Part shown: positions 9,789-20,189 of the stretch, one piece after another
Numbering within the stretch: position 1 is the stretch's first letter
How the letters are laid out: every line of letters begins with the position of its first letter
Origin: Paramicrosporidium saccamoebae KSL3
Lineage: Eukaryota > Fungi > Cryptomycota
Length of the DNA: 32,000 nt
Reading direction: 5' to 3'
Assembly: GCA_002794465.1 (NCBI GenBank)
Contig: MTSL01000113.1
Coordinates: 1-32,000, forward strand
Position numbers and translations under genes: made by a program
The notes under the pieces: generated by a model
Databases searched by the model: none
What the model was told of the DNA's origin: nothing
The model's input: the letters and a program-made list of their open reading frames with translations, nothing else

Positions 9789-10011
9789 GGATCCGGAAAT
9801 GGAAAAGATAAATTTGTGACTGTCTCTGTGGAAGGTTAATGGTGAATCTGAGAGTACGCAGTCCATTATTTACAAGCCCAGCACTCTAGAGTAACGGTAA
9901 TAAAATCAAGTCCATCGACAGCTTAATGGGTTCATAAAGATTTGCGCAACCACCAATCATGAGATTTCCCTACCGACCTCGGAAACGAATAATAGCATTT
10001 CGTTCCACCTC

Positions 10012-13000
10012 ATGGCTGGTGGTCGTACAAGTCTCTATGAAAGACAGTGGAATGAAGTCGATGCTATCAAGTCAATCTACATTGTAATCACTGCTATTTT
10101 TGCCAAAGTATTAGGATGAATATGAGGAAATAGCGTATCCATGGAGCGTATATCATTCAAGTAGAATTCACATTCAAATAGGTCGACCATCCCCCGTGTT
10201 TTGTAATACATCTGAGCATCACTGAGACTGGAGCTCAGGGCAGCACTTGCGCAGTTGATTTAGAGTTCAAGTACCTACTGTTATTTTTCCGACAATTTAG
10301 ACTGACCCCGTCATATCCGGATACAGTTCCCGAAATCAAAATAACCAAAAAGCGTGGAATGCAGTCTTCGCAGACTCATTCGATGCAGGAGCAAATGTGC
10401 CAGAAAGCAAGGACCCTGCTCGGATCTGAAATGATATTTGATTTGGTTGAGCACGCAAAAGTATTGAATCGTCTGCTCTCTTTAACCTAGCAGGAGTTGT
10501 TGACCATGGCGACAAAGAAAAAAGTGTCCTTTCATGACGAAATGACAATGAGAAAAACTTTGAATCGCGCAACTCTGGATCAGGAGACTTTGCATGCAGA
10601 CTCATCCAAGGCAAACGTGAGTCCTGAAGCCGAGGAGCTTGGTATCACCTGGATAACTCTGCTAATCCAGTAGCAAGCCGAATCAAGCACGAATTGGAGG
10701 TAAAGGAAAAACTGGTCAAGTCGGCGCGGGATAGGAAAAATTCCGAAGATCCCAGCGATTTTAGCAAAATTCTCCACTTTGACCCTCCGCTAAGCATCCA
10801 ACTTCCCGATTCTGAAAAACCTTTAAAAATTCCCAAGCTTTTTGTGGGCGACGCGCTGGTAGAATCGGTGCTAGGGGGAAACACTTTTTGCGCAGAGTTT
10901 GATGGACTAGAGTTTCTAGCAACATCGATCCGATTTGAGGGCGCCTTTTATCACACCACCCACGGAAGGAAGAAATTACACGCCGTCGGTAAGAAGATTC
11001 AGGAACTTTCCCATCTGGGATACAGCCCACTGTATTGTCGTCTGTTGGGGTCCACGCTGGTCGAGGTGGGTGAGAAAATGTCCGACTTGTGGATTGTGAC
11101 AGATAATTATTCTGGAATGACCATGGAGTGGTTGTTAAACTGCAGTGGAACATTCAGTCTGAGCAAGTCCATGTCGTATGTAGAGGATATTTTGCATTCA
11201 TTATCTGATTTGCACTCGAGCAATGTTGCCCATCAAGGTACATGGCACGATGACGAGCTTCTAATGTCTGTAGATTTGCTACTTTCAAACATTATCATCT
11301 CAACTGGAATTGCTGGGTTGAGGCTGATTCATCCTGCAATCACACGCCTACTTAGAGATTTGCATCAGACACATCCAATTTCTGGTCGTTTTACCTTGCC
11401 CAGTGAGATTTCGTGGCGACCACCAGAGGTAATTTCCAAAGGCGGTCAATCTGGCAAAAAGGCAGATATTTGGCATCTTGGCCACGTGTTCCTCCAAATG
11501 CTCTTTGGAATCTCATTCCCTGCAGCATTTGAGACTGCCGATGATGCCTTGGAGGTGGTCAGTGGTCTTCCCGCCAGTGTTCAAAGTCTAATCAATTCCA
11601 TGCTTGAAAGGGAGACCACATGCCGGCCCTCAGTTGCCGAAATTTTGAATCACATTGCCTTTTCACCAAAATCTATGAAAGAGTATGAATCATACACCAC
11701 CAAAAACATTTCTCTCGCACCAAGGAACATTCCCGTCGACATTTCCAGTCGAAGTGATCGCCGAGAATCTTCACGATACAAGACTGATTTTGAAGAGATT
11801 CAATTTCTTGGACGAGGCGCATTTGGACAGGTCATCAAGGTTCGCAATCGCATTGACAACCGATTCTATGCCATCAAGAGGATCCGGTTGGATCCATCAA
11901 ATTTTGACTATAACAACAAGATTTTAAGAGAAGTCACCACCCTTAGTCGGCTTCACCATGACCGGGTAGTCCGGTATTATCAAGCATGGATTGAGGGGGG
12001 TTTGGCATCCCGGTCGGAAGACTTGAGGGAGACAAGTGAGTCGTCTGAGGAGGAGGAAGACGATGGGACTGATGACGAGTGGAGCAGGGAAGGCATTAGC
12101 AGCAGAAAAATGTACTCGAGTAATATGATCCAGTCCAACTCCAGCCTGTCTTCACTAATCCAATTCCACACTGGATTCACCTCGTCCGAAGCATCCAGTC
12201 AGAATGCCCTTGAAAGTACAGCCGAGACAATGTTGGCTGCTGGCAATGGGCCACAATATTTGTACATTCAAATGGAATATTGCCCTAATCAGACCCTAAG
12301 GGATGTTATTGATGCTGGTGTTGACAGCGACGAGGCCTGGCGACTATTCCGGCAGATTGCCGAAGGCCTTTGTCATGTGCATTCTCAAGGAACGATCCAT
12401 CGTGATTTAAAGCCGGGAAACATTTTTCTGGACACTAATGGGGATGTTAAAATTGGAGATTTCGGCCTTGCCGTTGGAGAAGATGGTGAGATTGTCAGCA
12501 AATCTGCGCCTGTTGAAGTTGTGGATACTGGTGAATCTTTGACAGGAGGAATTGGCACTCCTCTGTACGTTAGTCCTGAACAAGAGGCTCATGGCAGTCG
12601 CTACAATCAAAAGGTTGACATGTACAGTCTTGGTATCATTCTGATCGAGCTGTTGGTTCCTTTCACAACCGGCATGGAACGTGTTCTAGTCATAAAAGAT
12701 GTCAGGAGTGCTGCCGTAAAGCTCCCTGACATATTTAGCAGACCCAATATGACAAAAGCTGCATCAATTTTGAAGAATCTGCTGGGACACGATGCCAAGA
12801 CTCGATTCACGTCAGAGGAGCTTCTTCGGAGTGACTTGCTTCCCGTCAAGATGGAAGATGAGTACATTCGCGAGGCTATCAGAACCGTGTCATCTCCAAA
12901 TACCCCGTACTACAGTAAACTATTGACGACAGTCTTTTCCCAGGGATATGATCCGCTCAAAGCGTTCACATTTGATTACCACGCGGGAATTACGAATGAT

Positions 13001-14701
13001 GCAGCCATCCTGTCTGGCTTGGACAAGGTGGAATCCATCTTGACGACCGTGTTCAGTAGACATGGTGCGGTTCGCTTCGAACCTCCGCTACTCGTCCCCA
13101 AAGGAAGTACGGCGGGACCCACGTTTCTGTCATCTTCGGGACAGCTCGTGCAGCTTTCTGACAATCTCACCACACCATTTGCAAGGTTTGTGGCTCTAAA
13201 CTCCATCGCCGATATGAAGCGGTTTACGATTGGTCCAGTGTTTCGAGAAAACTTGGCGGGAGGGCAGCCTCGCCAGCCTCTGGAGGCTTCATTTGATCGC
13301 GTCTACTCCAGTGAGGATAACCTAATACCCGAGTTGGAGGTGATTCGAGTAGCTAGCACAGTGTTGGATGAAGTGGTGGGCTCCCAATCCTTTGTTTTAC
13401 GGTTGAATCACGCCGATATTTTGTCAGCTGTACTTACGCAGTGTCTTGTGCCCGCCAACAAAAAGAAGGACGTGATGGAGGTTTTGTCTCAATTCAGCAA
13501 ATCCAGCTGGATTAAAGTAAAAAGTCTGCTCACTTCACGCGTGGTCCTGCCTCCCGCCGCGATTGATAGTCTTGGTAAAATTGTTGGGATCAAAGGTAAT
13601 TGTGCAAGTGAGGTTGGTAGTAAATATCTAGATTTGGAGCCTCTTGTTGCTGTCAAGAGATTGGGAGACATTTTAAAGAGTATGAAAGAGTCTGCAGAAG
13701 CCATTAGGTACATTAATTTACTAGTGGCATGCATTCCCCAAATTGGTATCAAATATCGCATATCAGTCGATCCGCTGTTCAATCTCAATGATGTCATTTA
13801 TTCTGGGACCATGTTTCAGGTCATAATGGAGGATCGAAAAAAGACGGACGGACTGGTGTCTGGAGGTTCGTTTAGGAAACTTGTCGACAGCTTCAGGTTT
13901 CCCACAGACCGTGTTCGCAACATTAACGCAGTGGGGGCGGTCTGGAATCTCGGTCGACTTTTGAATATGAGGTCGTCTCTCGGGATACGAATCGGAAAGG
14001 AGCCTATTGTTCTCATCTACTCGGCTGGTCCGGATATGCTGCTTGAGAAGCTGAACATTGCATCGCTACTATGGGATTCCGGCATAGTTGTGGATATTAT
14101 CCGGGAAGACATTGTGACCGGCGAGTATATCAATCAGATTGTTCGGATAAGGGGAATCTCTGCCACCATTCACTTGAAGGATCATTCTTCCCGAGGACAA
14201 TTTGGTGTTGTCAGGTTAAAGAGCATTGAGAAAAGGCAAGAATTTGAGTTGACCCGATCGGAGATTGTCGACGCGCTTTGCTCAATTTTTGCCGAAACCG
14301 ACAGGGAAGTGTCTCGAGATGAGCAAGGTATGACCCCACAGCCATCCTCGACGCCCCTCAATGTGTCGCTGTTTGCGCCATATGCCAAGATTAAGGGAGG
14401 CCAGAAGACTATTATTATGGAAAAGGCTGTCCGCGCCATGTCTCCCTTGCTGGCCACCATGTCTGGGACTGCGCCCATTGAAGTAATTGCTCATGACATG
14501 TCTCGGGACCTGTTGCGGCGTGTAATGGACACTCTTTCTGAGGGCGATGATTCATTCAAGAAGCTGGTGGATTCGCGCGACGATCGCAATGCAGCCACGA
14601 AAATGAGGACGCTGCTTAGAGGACTCCGTGAAAAGTCGTTTGCCTTCCTTTATCATTACAAGGATAATTGCATCGACCTGGCGCCGTTGACAATTCAATA
14701 A
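10012..14701 (+). CDS. GCN2: eIF2-alpha kinase GCN2 (RWD, pseudokinase, kinase, HisRS-like, CTD), multi-exon
   Basis: Hand-spliced exons 10012-10083, 10115-10147, 10182-10270, 10301-10460, 10491-10641 and 10671 onward give an RWD domain (RQWNEVDAIKSIYIDEY...VDLEFKLTPSYPDTVPEI...GSEMIFDLVEH) in frame with the long ORF. Kinase motifs are LGRGAFGQV, YAIKRI, LYIQMEYC, HRDLKPGNIF, KIGDFGLA and GTPLYVSPE. The HisRS-like part includes VFSRHGA and PFARFVA. Confidence 0.95.
10084..10670 (+). other. Five spliceosomal micro-introns in the GCN2 5' region: 10084-10114 (31 nt), 10148-10181 (34), 10271-10300 (30), 10461-10490 (30), 10642-10670 (29)
   Basis: All begin GTA and end TAG or CAG. Removing them yields a continuous frame matching the RWD domain. 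GCTAAT in intron 5 looks like a branch point. Confidence 0.85.
11238..11273 (+). other. Probable in-frame, stop-free 36-nt intron hidden inside the GCN2 ORF
   Basis: GTACAT...CTAAT...TAG. Removal converts VAHQGTWHDDELLMSVDLLLSNIII into VAHQDLLLSNIII, a subdomain VIb-like HxD...NI motif. Confidence 0.7.
13596..13631 (+). other. Possible in-frame, stop-free 36-nt intron in the GCN2 HisRS-like region
   Basis: GTAATT...CTAG, phase 1, same size class as the other introns. No protein motif confirms it. Confidence 0.35.
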
Positions 14702-14755
14702 ATATTCTATTTCTGGAATGGCGAGTCCAAAGAAACGCAGCCTGGCCAAGGAGAC

Positions 14756-15325
14756 ATGAAGGAGGTGAGATTCAAGAGACGTATGATGAAGCAATTTCTC
14801 CTGGATGCGACAATCTGTGCATTCCAAGAACGCCGAGCAACACTTCCCAGACCAAACACAATTCGTGTTGAAGAGGACGCTCTTAACTTTGACGACAATA
14901 GCAATATGGAAAATTCCTTGCTCGAGAGTCCCTCTATATCGCTGAAAGGAATATTTGCCCATTTCAAAAAGACGAGTGCAGTCACCATAAAGCACAAGAA
15001 ACCGACGTACGAGTGTGTTCCATTCTCTGATGGCAAGATCTTTGATTCCCAAAGCTACAAAGATTGTCCCCGATCCATAATGGAGCCCCCTGACGAGAGA
15101 GATAAGAGGGGTAAGGAGGATGAGAGAGATGGAAGAGATGAGAGAGATGGGAAAGATGGGAAAGATGAGAGAGATGGGAAAGATGACCATGTTCAGTCGT
15201 TCAGGTGTCAGCCAGACGCGCCTGTCAAGTCGTCCAGGCGTTGCCCTGATGACCAGTCCATGTCTTCATTGCAAGATGCCTTGAGTATATCAATGGGCAT
15301 TGAAATTGATAGTTTTGAAGGGTAA
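14756..15325 (+). CDS. Orphan hydrophilic protein, 189 aa, with D(E/G)(R/K) repeats
   Basis: ATG-to-TAA ORF filling the gap between GCN2 and Doa10. I recognise no domain. Confidence 0.5.
   Translation: MKEVRFKRRMMKQFLLDATICAFQERRATLPRPNTIRVEEDALNFDDNSNMENSLLESPSISLKGIFAHFKKTSAVTIKHKKPTYECVPFSDGKIFDSQSYKDCPRSIMEPPDERDKRGKEDERDGRDERDGKDGKDERDGKDDHVQSFRCQPDAPVKSSRRCPDDQSMSSLQDALSISMGIEIDSFEG
15092..15190 (+). repeat. Eleven degenerate 9-nt units (GATGAGAGA/GATGGGAAA) encoding DER/DGK
   Basis: Direct reading of the 9-nt periodicity. Confidence 0.85.
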
Positions 15326-15607
15326 TCTAGTTTTTGTGGTAACATTTTGGTAGGAGTGACTTTTATGACTAGCCGTTATAGTCTGCGTGAGAAGCAAGAG
15401 AGCGTATGTTTGTGCTTGGGCAATACTATCATGTCGACGGAACAGAGACAAAGTGCGCGATAGTGCATAATCTCATCCAATATCGTACCATATTATCTCC
15501 TCTAGTATCGTGTCGCGTCATTCCATTTAGTACCGTCTCATAGTATGGCTTAGCATCTCTGCAAGCCGGGATATTGATGCGTTTGACAGTTCCTATTTCG
15601 GTCAGCA

Positions 15608-15616
15608 GCCAATCAG
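15608..15616 (+). promoter_or_regulatory. CCAAT box (AGCCAATCAG context) 10 nt upstream of the Doa10 ATG; related CCAATCA boxes at 3569-3575, 4679-4685 (reverse) and 9953-9959
   Basis: Matches the NF-Y/HAP consensus and recurs within 60 nt of four start codons. Confidence 0.5.
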
Positions 15617-15625
15617 GCGGACCTC

Positions 15626-18600
15626 ATGGTCGCTGATACTGCGCATGACCATAGCGCTCCCGGTACGCAGTCCTATTTTCCGTCTGACTTGGCGGTAGAA
15701 ATATGTCGCGTCTGTCGTGGAGAGGCCACAAATGATCAGCCTCTATTCTATCCTTGTCTATGCTCTGGTAGCATCAAGTACGTCCACCAAGAGTGCCTGC
15801 TGGAATGGCTGAAACATTCCAAGAAAAAGTATTGTGAGCTATGTAAGCACCCATATTCGTTCAGTCCAGTTTACGAAGAACTCATGCCCGCTCGTCTGCC
15901 CATAAGTGTTATCAGTCTAGGACTGGCACGGCAATTTTTTGGAATCCTTCGAATCGGCCTACGCTATGTATATCTTTCTGCCATTTGGCTTGTCCTCGTG
16001 CCCACCATTACCACTTCAACACTCTGTCTTTATCTGGGATGGGGAATGGTGGGACTCAAAGAATTAAGCCTTGTCACTGCCATCTTTAATGTGGGAGTCG
16101 GCCTAGGAATTACGTCAGTAATGGTGTTACTTTTGATGAGCTTATTATTACTGAGAGACTATATGTTGACACATCGACTGTTGCGTGTTCGGAGACGAAG
16201 ACGTGCCAACGGTATGGGTATGGGAGTGGGTGTCGGTGCGGGTGCGGGTGTAGATGTGGGGATAAATGAAGGGGGTAATGGGGAGATGAATAGAGATGCG
16301 AATAGAGAGGCGAATGGAGAGGTGAATAGAGAGGCGAATAGAGAGGCAAATGGACAAGAACCTGGAGATGCAAATAGAAGGGAAAACGAAAGAGAACTTG
16401 CAGATGAAGCTACAGGCATTGATGAAAATTCAGCCATCGGAATTCATCGCAACAACAATCCAACCATGGGAATCTATCGCAATAATGATCCAACCACGGA
16501 AATCTATCGCAACAAGAATCAAACCGCAGGAATCCGCCGCAACGACAACCTACCCACGGGAATCCACAGCAGCGATAATCCAACCGCAGAAATCCACAAC
16601 AGCGTTAATCTGACCGCAGAAACCCACAACAGCGATAATCCAACCACAGAAATTCACAACAATACCCGTCCAGCCACAGGAATCTACCGCAATGGAAATC
16701 CCATCGCAGAAATTTATCGCAGTGAAAACTCAGTTACAGAAATTCATCACAATGGTAATTCAGAGACAACGGCGAGGACCTTTGTGACTCGACAATCTGA
16801 GAGGTCATATTGGCTACAAAATGTCGTTCCTCGTGAATATCGAGCATATCTCCGACGTCGCGACCTTTACCGCGAGAGAAATCTTCGAGGGAGCCATTCT
16901 CATCTTGATGCGGACACTAGCGCGCTAACCTCCAGACCACAAGCGGTCGAGAATGCTGCCGTCGCTAGCTCTTCAATCACAAATTCAAATGTAGAAGAGG
17001 GTGGAACTTTTCATCGCAGGAACAATGGACTAAGAGAGCACAATCGGGGAGAAACGTCCCACATAGCCGGGTCAAGCACATTGAATGTCACGTTCCGTGA
17101 TAATATTCGCTGCAAGATTTGCTCTAGTGTAGTCTGTATCGACAAGGAACATGTTGTTTTGGCATCTCAGAGGACCCGACAGCAAGAAGCTACAAGCGGA
17201 GCCGAGCCAGAGGAAGGCCAAGGCACCACAACTGATCCGCTCCCTGTGGCACCCGTTGCTGACATCCCTCCTCCCCCTCGACGGGTAGAGGATGCTGCGG
17301 TAGAGGCTAATCAGTGGAATTTCTTGGGAATGAACTTTGAGGGTGATAACGGGGCAGCCATGACATTGTCCGAGTTTATTGGGCTGACCGGCTCACTTCT
17401 GTCTGTAATCCAGAATGCCTTTGTCATTATTTCTTGCAATGTCATGGTTCTTCACTCTGCAGTTTTCGTTCCCCAAATGGTCGGGAAAGCCGTCCTCAAA
17501 GGCGAACTGCCGCTTTGGCTATCCAATGGAATTTCATTTATCGAATCCACAATTTTCAATGTCGCCACTTCCGAATCAGATGTGACAAAAGTATATCCCT
17601 TGGCCAAGAACGCATTGGCAGCTATTGTATCGCATGGCAAGCCAGCTATTACATCTCTATCGATGATTCCAGACTATCTGATAACTCTACTGCCAAACAA
17701 CTTTCAAGGATTGCTATCGGAACGACTTGCAACAATTGGAACTAATGCTAGACTCGCAACGACTTTATTTTCGTACTCGGAGGGGTATTATATGGATTTC
17801 ATCTTGCAGCTCTTTGCCGGGTACTTGGCAATTCTCTGCACTTGTGGTGTATACCGGCTGCTTGTGATTGATAATATGCGCAAATTGGATGACTTGCATC
17901 GCGGCCTTTTGCAAATGTTTCAGCTTTTTTCGTCATATTTGAAACTTGTTTTTTTCATGATGATTGAACTGATTGCTTTTCCAATTTACTGCGGGTGGAT
18001 GGTGGACCTTTCGTCACTAAACATGTTTGCATCAAACTTTGCCGGGAGAATTGGGTTCTACAACAGTTATCCATTTTCATCGCAGCTGATCCACTGGTCG
18101 GTGGGCACAATCTTTCTTATTCAGGTATCGGTGATGATCAAGTGGTATCGAAGCGTGTTTCGGCCAGGCCTGCTCTACTTTATTCGAAATTCGGATGATC
18201 CGGATAATTTGCCCTTGAAAGAGGTAGTGGAACGATCCGTCCACGACCAGCTATTGAGATTTGTCAACTCTTTGATTCTCTTTGGGATAGTCATTGTCTG
18301 CCACATTTATGGCTTTTCGGTCATGTGCCAGTTGTTTGTCCCCAATCTAATTCCCCTGAACATTAGTTTCCGTAACTACACTGCCGAGGTGCCGTATGAC
18401 TTGTTTGGAAACCTCTTTGCCAAAGTCTTGGTAGATTTTCTCAATCCTGGTACGATTGGAAAATTGTCGCGGGCATTTATGCGATCCGTTCTGAAGCTTC
18501 TCAGACTCAGTTCTTACTTTTATGGAGGCCGATATCTTTATGAAGAGTCGCTTACTACAGGAAAATGGGTGTTTGTTCCAGATGCTGAACGGGTGTACAA

Positions 18601-19633
18601 GGCTGAAAAGGTCCGGGACATGTTTCAAAGGCGGGTTGAGCCTCTTGATATCGCCAAGATTCCAGTTGTTGAAGGTCGCGATCCGTCCACTGTACCAATT
18701 GCCCCGACTGTCCCGGTTGAGCCCAGACGGCCAAGAAGAGTGGGCGCGGGCCGACGTGCTGAAGACCCAACCAAGGGATTCACCGTGGTATATCGACCAA
18801 ACAATTGTGCTGCCCGAGTATACTTGTTCTTATTTACCGAATGGCTCTACTATCAACTGGTGGGAATGCTTCTTGTCGCTACGCCCATTCTAATTGGACG
18901 CTACATCTTTGGCCTCTTCTTGACTGATGGTACCAAGGCACATGAGATGCACACTTTTATGGCAGGATTCATGGTCATGGGGGTGTTGATGAAGACGGTT
19001 CAGCTGACATACAATGTCCTATGCGATGGGGGCTTGGTAAATGTCCTCAAAACTAGCATAAGAGTGCCAGTTATTGCTCTCAAAGCGGCCATTGTGGGGG
19101 TCTTTATTTCATTCCTCTGGCCCACAATGATTGGGGCTTACTTGATGCTCATCTTGTCACCTTTGCTCTCATCGGTGAATGAGACACCCATTTTACCGCT
19201 CTTTACGTGCTGGTTCATTGGATTCATGTATATCAAGGTCTTTTACACTGTGCGCGACGTTCTTTGTTCGACTGAAAGAGTCCAGATTCTTGATCGACTC
19301 GCTACATTAGAGGGATGGACAGATATGCAATTTATGCAGGTCATGCTCCGTGTTGTTCTGCCATACACCATGCGTCTCGTAACGCTCATCGTCGGTCCTC
19401 CATTGGCCGTTGTCCTGCTGGCGCCGCTGATTGACCTCGATTTTGTCCAAATGTTGATTATCGGCAGATGGTCCTACCTGTTGAGCCTGGCTGTGCCTGC
19501 AGTTGTTCTGGGGGTGGGTTTGATATCCAATCTTCGACAAAGTATGGCCATGCGCATTAGAGATGACAACTATCTCGTCGGCCGACGGCTCCATAATCTC
19601 GAGAGGCCCCCAAGCCAGCCTCGATTCCCGTAA
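15626..19633 (+). CDS. DOA10: ERAD E3 ubiquitin ligase Doa10/Ssm4/MARCH6, with a large low-complexity insertion
   Basis: N-terminal RING-CH (CRVC...PCLCSGSIKYVHQECLLEW...CELC), EFIGLTGSL, the TD region (IELIAFPIYCGWMVD, HWSVG, FRPGLLYFIR), many TM helices and a C-terminal IRDDNYLVGRRLHN. Confidence 0.95.
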   Translation: MVADTAHDHSAPGTQSYFPSDLAVEICRVCRGEATNDQPLFYPCLCSGSIKYVHQECLLEWLKHSKKKYCELCKHPYSFSPVYEELMPARLPISVISLGLARQFFGILRIGLRYVYLSAIWLVLVPTITTSTLCLYLGWGMVGLKELSLVTAIFNVGVGLGITSVMVLLLMSLLLLRDYMLTHRLLRVRRRRRANGMGMGVGVGAGAGVDVGINEGGNGEMNRDANREANGEVNREANREANGQEPGDANRRENERELADEATGIDENSAIGIHRNNNPTMGIYRNNDPTTEIYRNKNQTAGIRRNDNLPTGIHSSDNPTAEIHNSVNLTAETHNSDNPTTEIHNNTRPATGIYRNGNPIAEIYRSENSVTEIHHNGNSETTARTFVTRQSERSYWLQNVVPREYRAYLRRRDLYRERNLRGSHSHLDADTSALTSRPQAVENAAVASSSITNSNVEEGGTFHRRNNGLREHNRGETSHIAGSSTLNVTFRDNIRCKICSSVVCIDKEHVVLASQRTRQQEATSGAEPEEGQGTTTDPLPVAPVADIPPPPRRVEDAAVEANQWNFLGMNFEGDNGAAMTLSEFIGLTGSLLSVIQNAFVIISCNVMVLHSAVFVPQMVGKAVLKGELPLWLSNGISFIESTIFNVATSESDVTKVYPLAKNALAAIVSHGKPAITSLSMIPDYLITLLPNNFQGLLSERLATIGTNARLATTLFSYSEGYYMDFILQLFAGYLAILCTCGVYRLLVIDNMRKLDDLHRGLLQMFQLFSSYLKLVFFMMIELIAFPIYCGWMVDLSSLNMFASNFAGRIGFYNSYPFSSQLIHWSVGTIFLIQVSVMIKWYRSVFRPGLLYFIRNSDDPDNLPLKEVVERSVHDQLLRFVNSLILFGIVIVCHIYGFSVMCQLFVPNLIPLNISFRNYTAEVPYDLFGNLFAKVLVDFLNPGTIGKLSRAFMRSVLKLLRLSSYFYGGRYLYEESLTTGKWVFVPDAERVYKAEKVRDMFQRRVEPLDIAKIPVVEGRDPSTVPIAPTVPVEPRRPRRVGAGRRAEDPTKGFTVVYRPNNCAARVYLFLFTEWLYYQLVGMLLVATPILIGRYIFGLFLTDGTKAHEMHTFMAGFMVMGVLMKTVQLTYNVLCDGGLVNVLKTSIRVPVIALKAAIVGVFISFLWPTMIGAYLMLILSPLLSSVNETPILPLFTCWFIGFMYIKVFYTVRDVLCSTERVQILDRLATLEGWTDMQFMQVMLRVVLPYTMRLVTLIVGPPLAVVLLAPLIDLDFVQMLIIGRWSYLLSLAVPAVVLGVGLISNLRQSMAMRIRDDNYLVGRRLHNLERPPSQPRFP
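16277..16360 (+). repeat. Seven 12-nt units (AATAGAGAGGCG consensus, NREA)
   Basis: Direct reading within the Doa10 insertion. Confidence 0.85.
16439..16768 (+). repeat. Eleven 30-nt coding units, consensus (G/E)I(H/Y)(R/N)(N/S)xNPTx
   Basis: Units start every 30 nt from 16439 to 16739. Confidence 0.9.
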
Positions 19634-19765
19634 CTCGCTCTAGATGCTGCTGCTAATGAAACAAAAAAATTATACTATTCTAAAGCACTGGTAGGGGGTT
19701 GGTTGTATGTTTTAGAGTCGTAATGTTTGGACCTGGGTGGTTAAACGATCCTGTTAGTGTCCACT

Positions 19766-19921
19766 TGTGATTGGTAACCCTGATAGCTATTCCATGCTCC
19801 AGTATACTAGGGGTAGCAGTCTAGAATGATGTCTTTTATAAAGGAATACTCTCGTCCACCAATCGATCCTTGACATGTCTACGGGCTAGGAACTCTAAAG
19901 GGCTTTTACTTGAACCTCACA
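19766..19921 (-). repeat. Candidate second, older LTR-like family (TGTGAGGTTCAAGTAAAAGCC...TATAAAAG...TCACA)
   Basis: TGTGA/TCACA ends and an internal TATAAAAG. Its first ~21 nt match 25235-25255 (TGTGGGGTTCAAGTAAAGACC). No TSD. Confidence 0.3.
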
Positions 19922-19927
19922 ATATAT

Positions 19928-20138
19928 TGTTGCGTAGTGGGGATAGAACCACGGGCCCTGCCAGGCGGGAAGAGAGGAGATGGGACGAGAAGAGAATTTA
20001 TTCAGTCAACCCAACGACCCATTTATAGTCTCCCAAGTGGCATGGCAATAGTCTTCAAATACCCAGCAACTAGGTCTTCTCCAAACTAGGGGACTATCCT
20101 CAAAACCCAACTAATCAACCCTCTATCTCTACGTCACA
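19928..20138 (-). mobile_element. Solo LTR-like element, copy 1 (211 bp)
   Basis: Plus-strand ends TGTTGCGTA...TACGTCACA; flanks ATAT/ATAG (3 of 4 match). Homologous to 25372-25544 and 27649-27860. On the minus strand, TATAAA is followed by AATAAA. Confidence 0.75.
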
Positions 20139-20189
20139 ATAGCATAACTTGGCCAGGGATCATAATCCACTACCCAACACCGCAGGTCC

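Noticed and set aside
14552-15190. 212-aa minus-strand ORF with a hydrophobic I/F/P/S N-terminus
   Set aside because: It is the antisense shadow of the 9-nt DER/DGK repeat and overlaps the GCN2 3' end.
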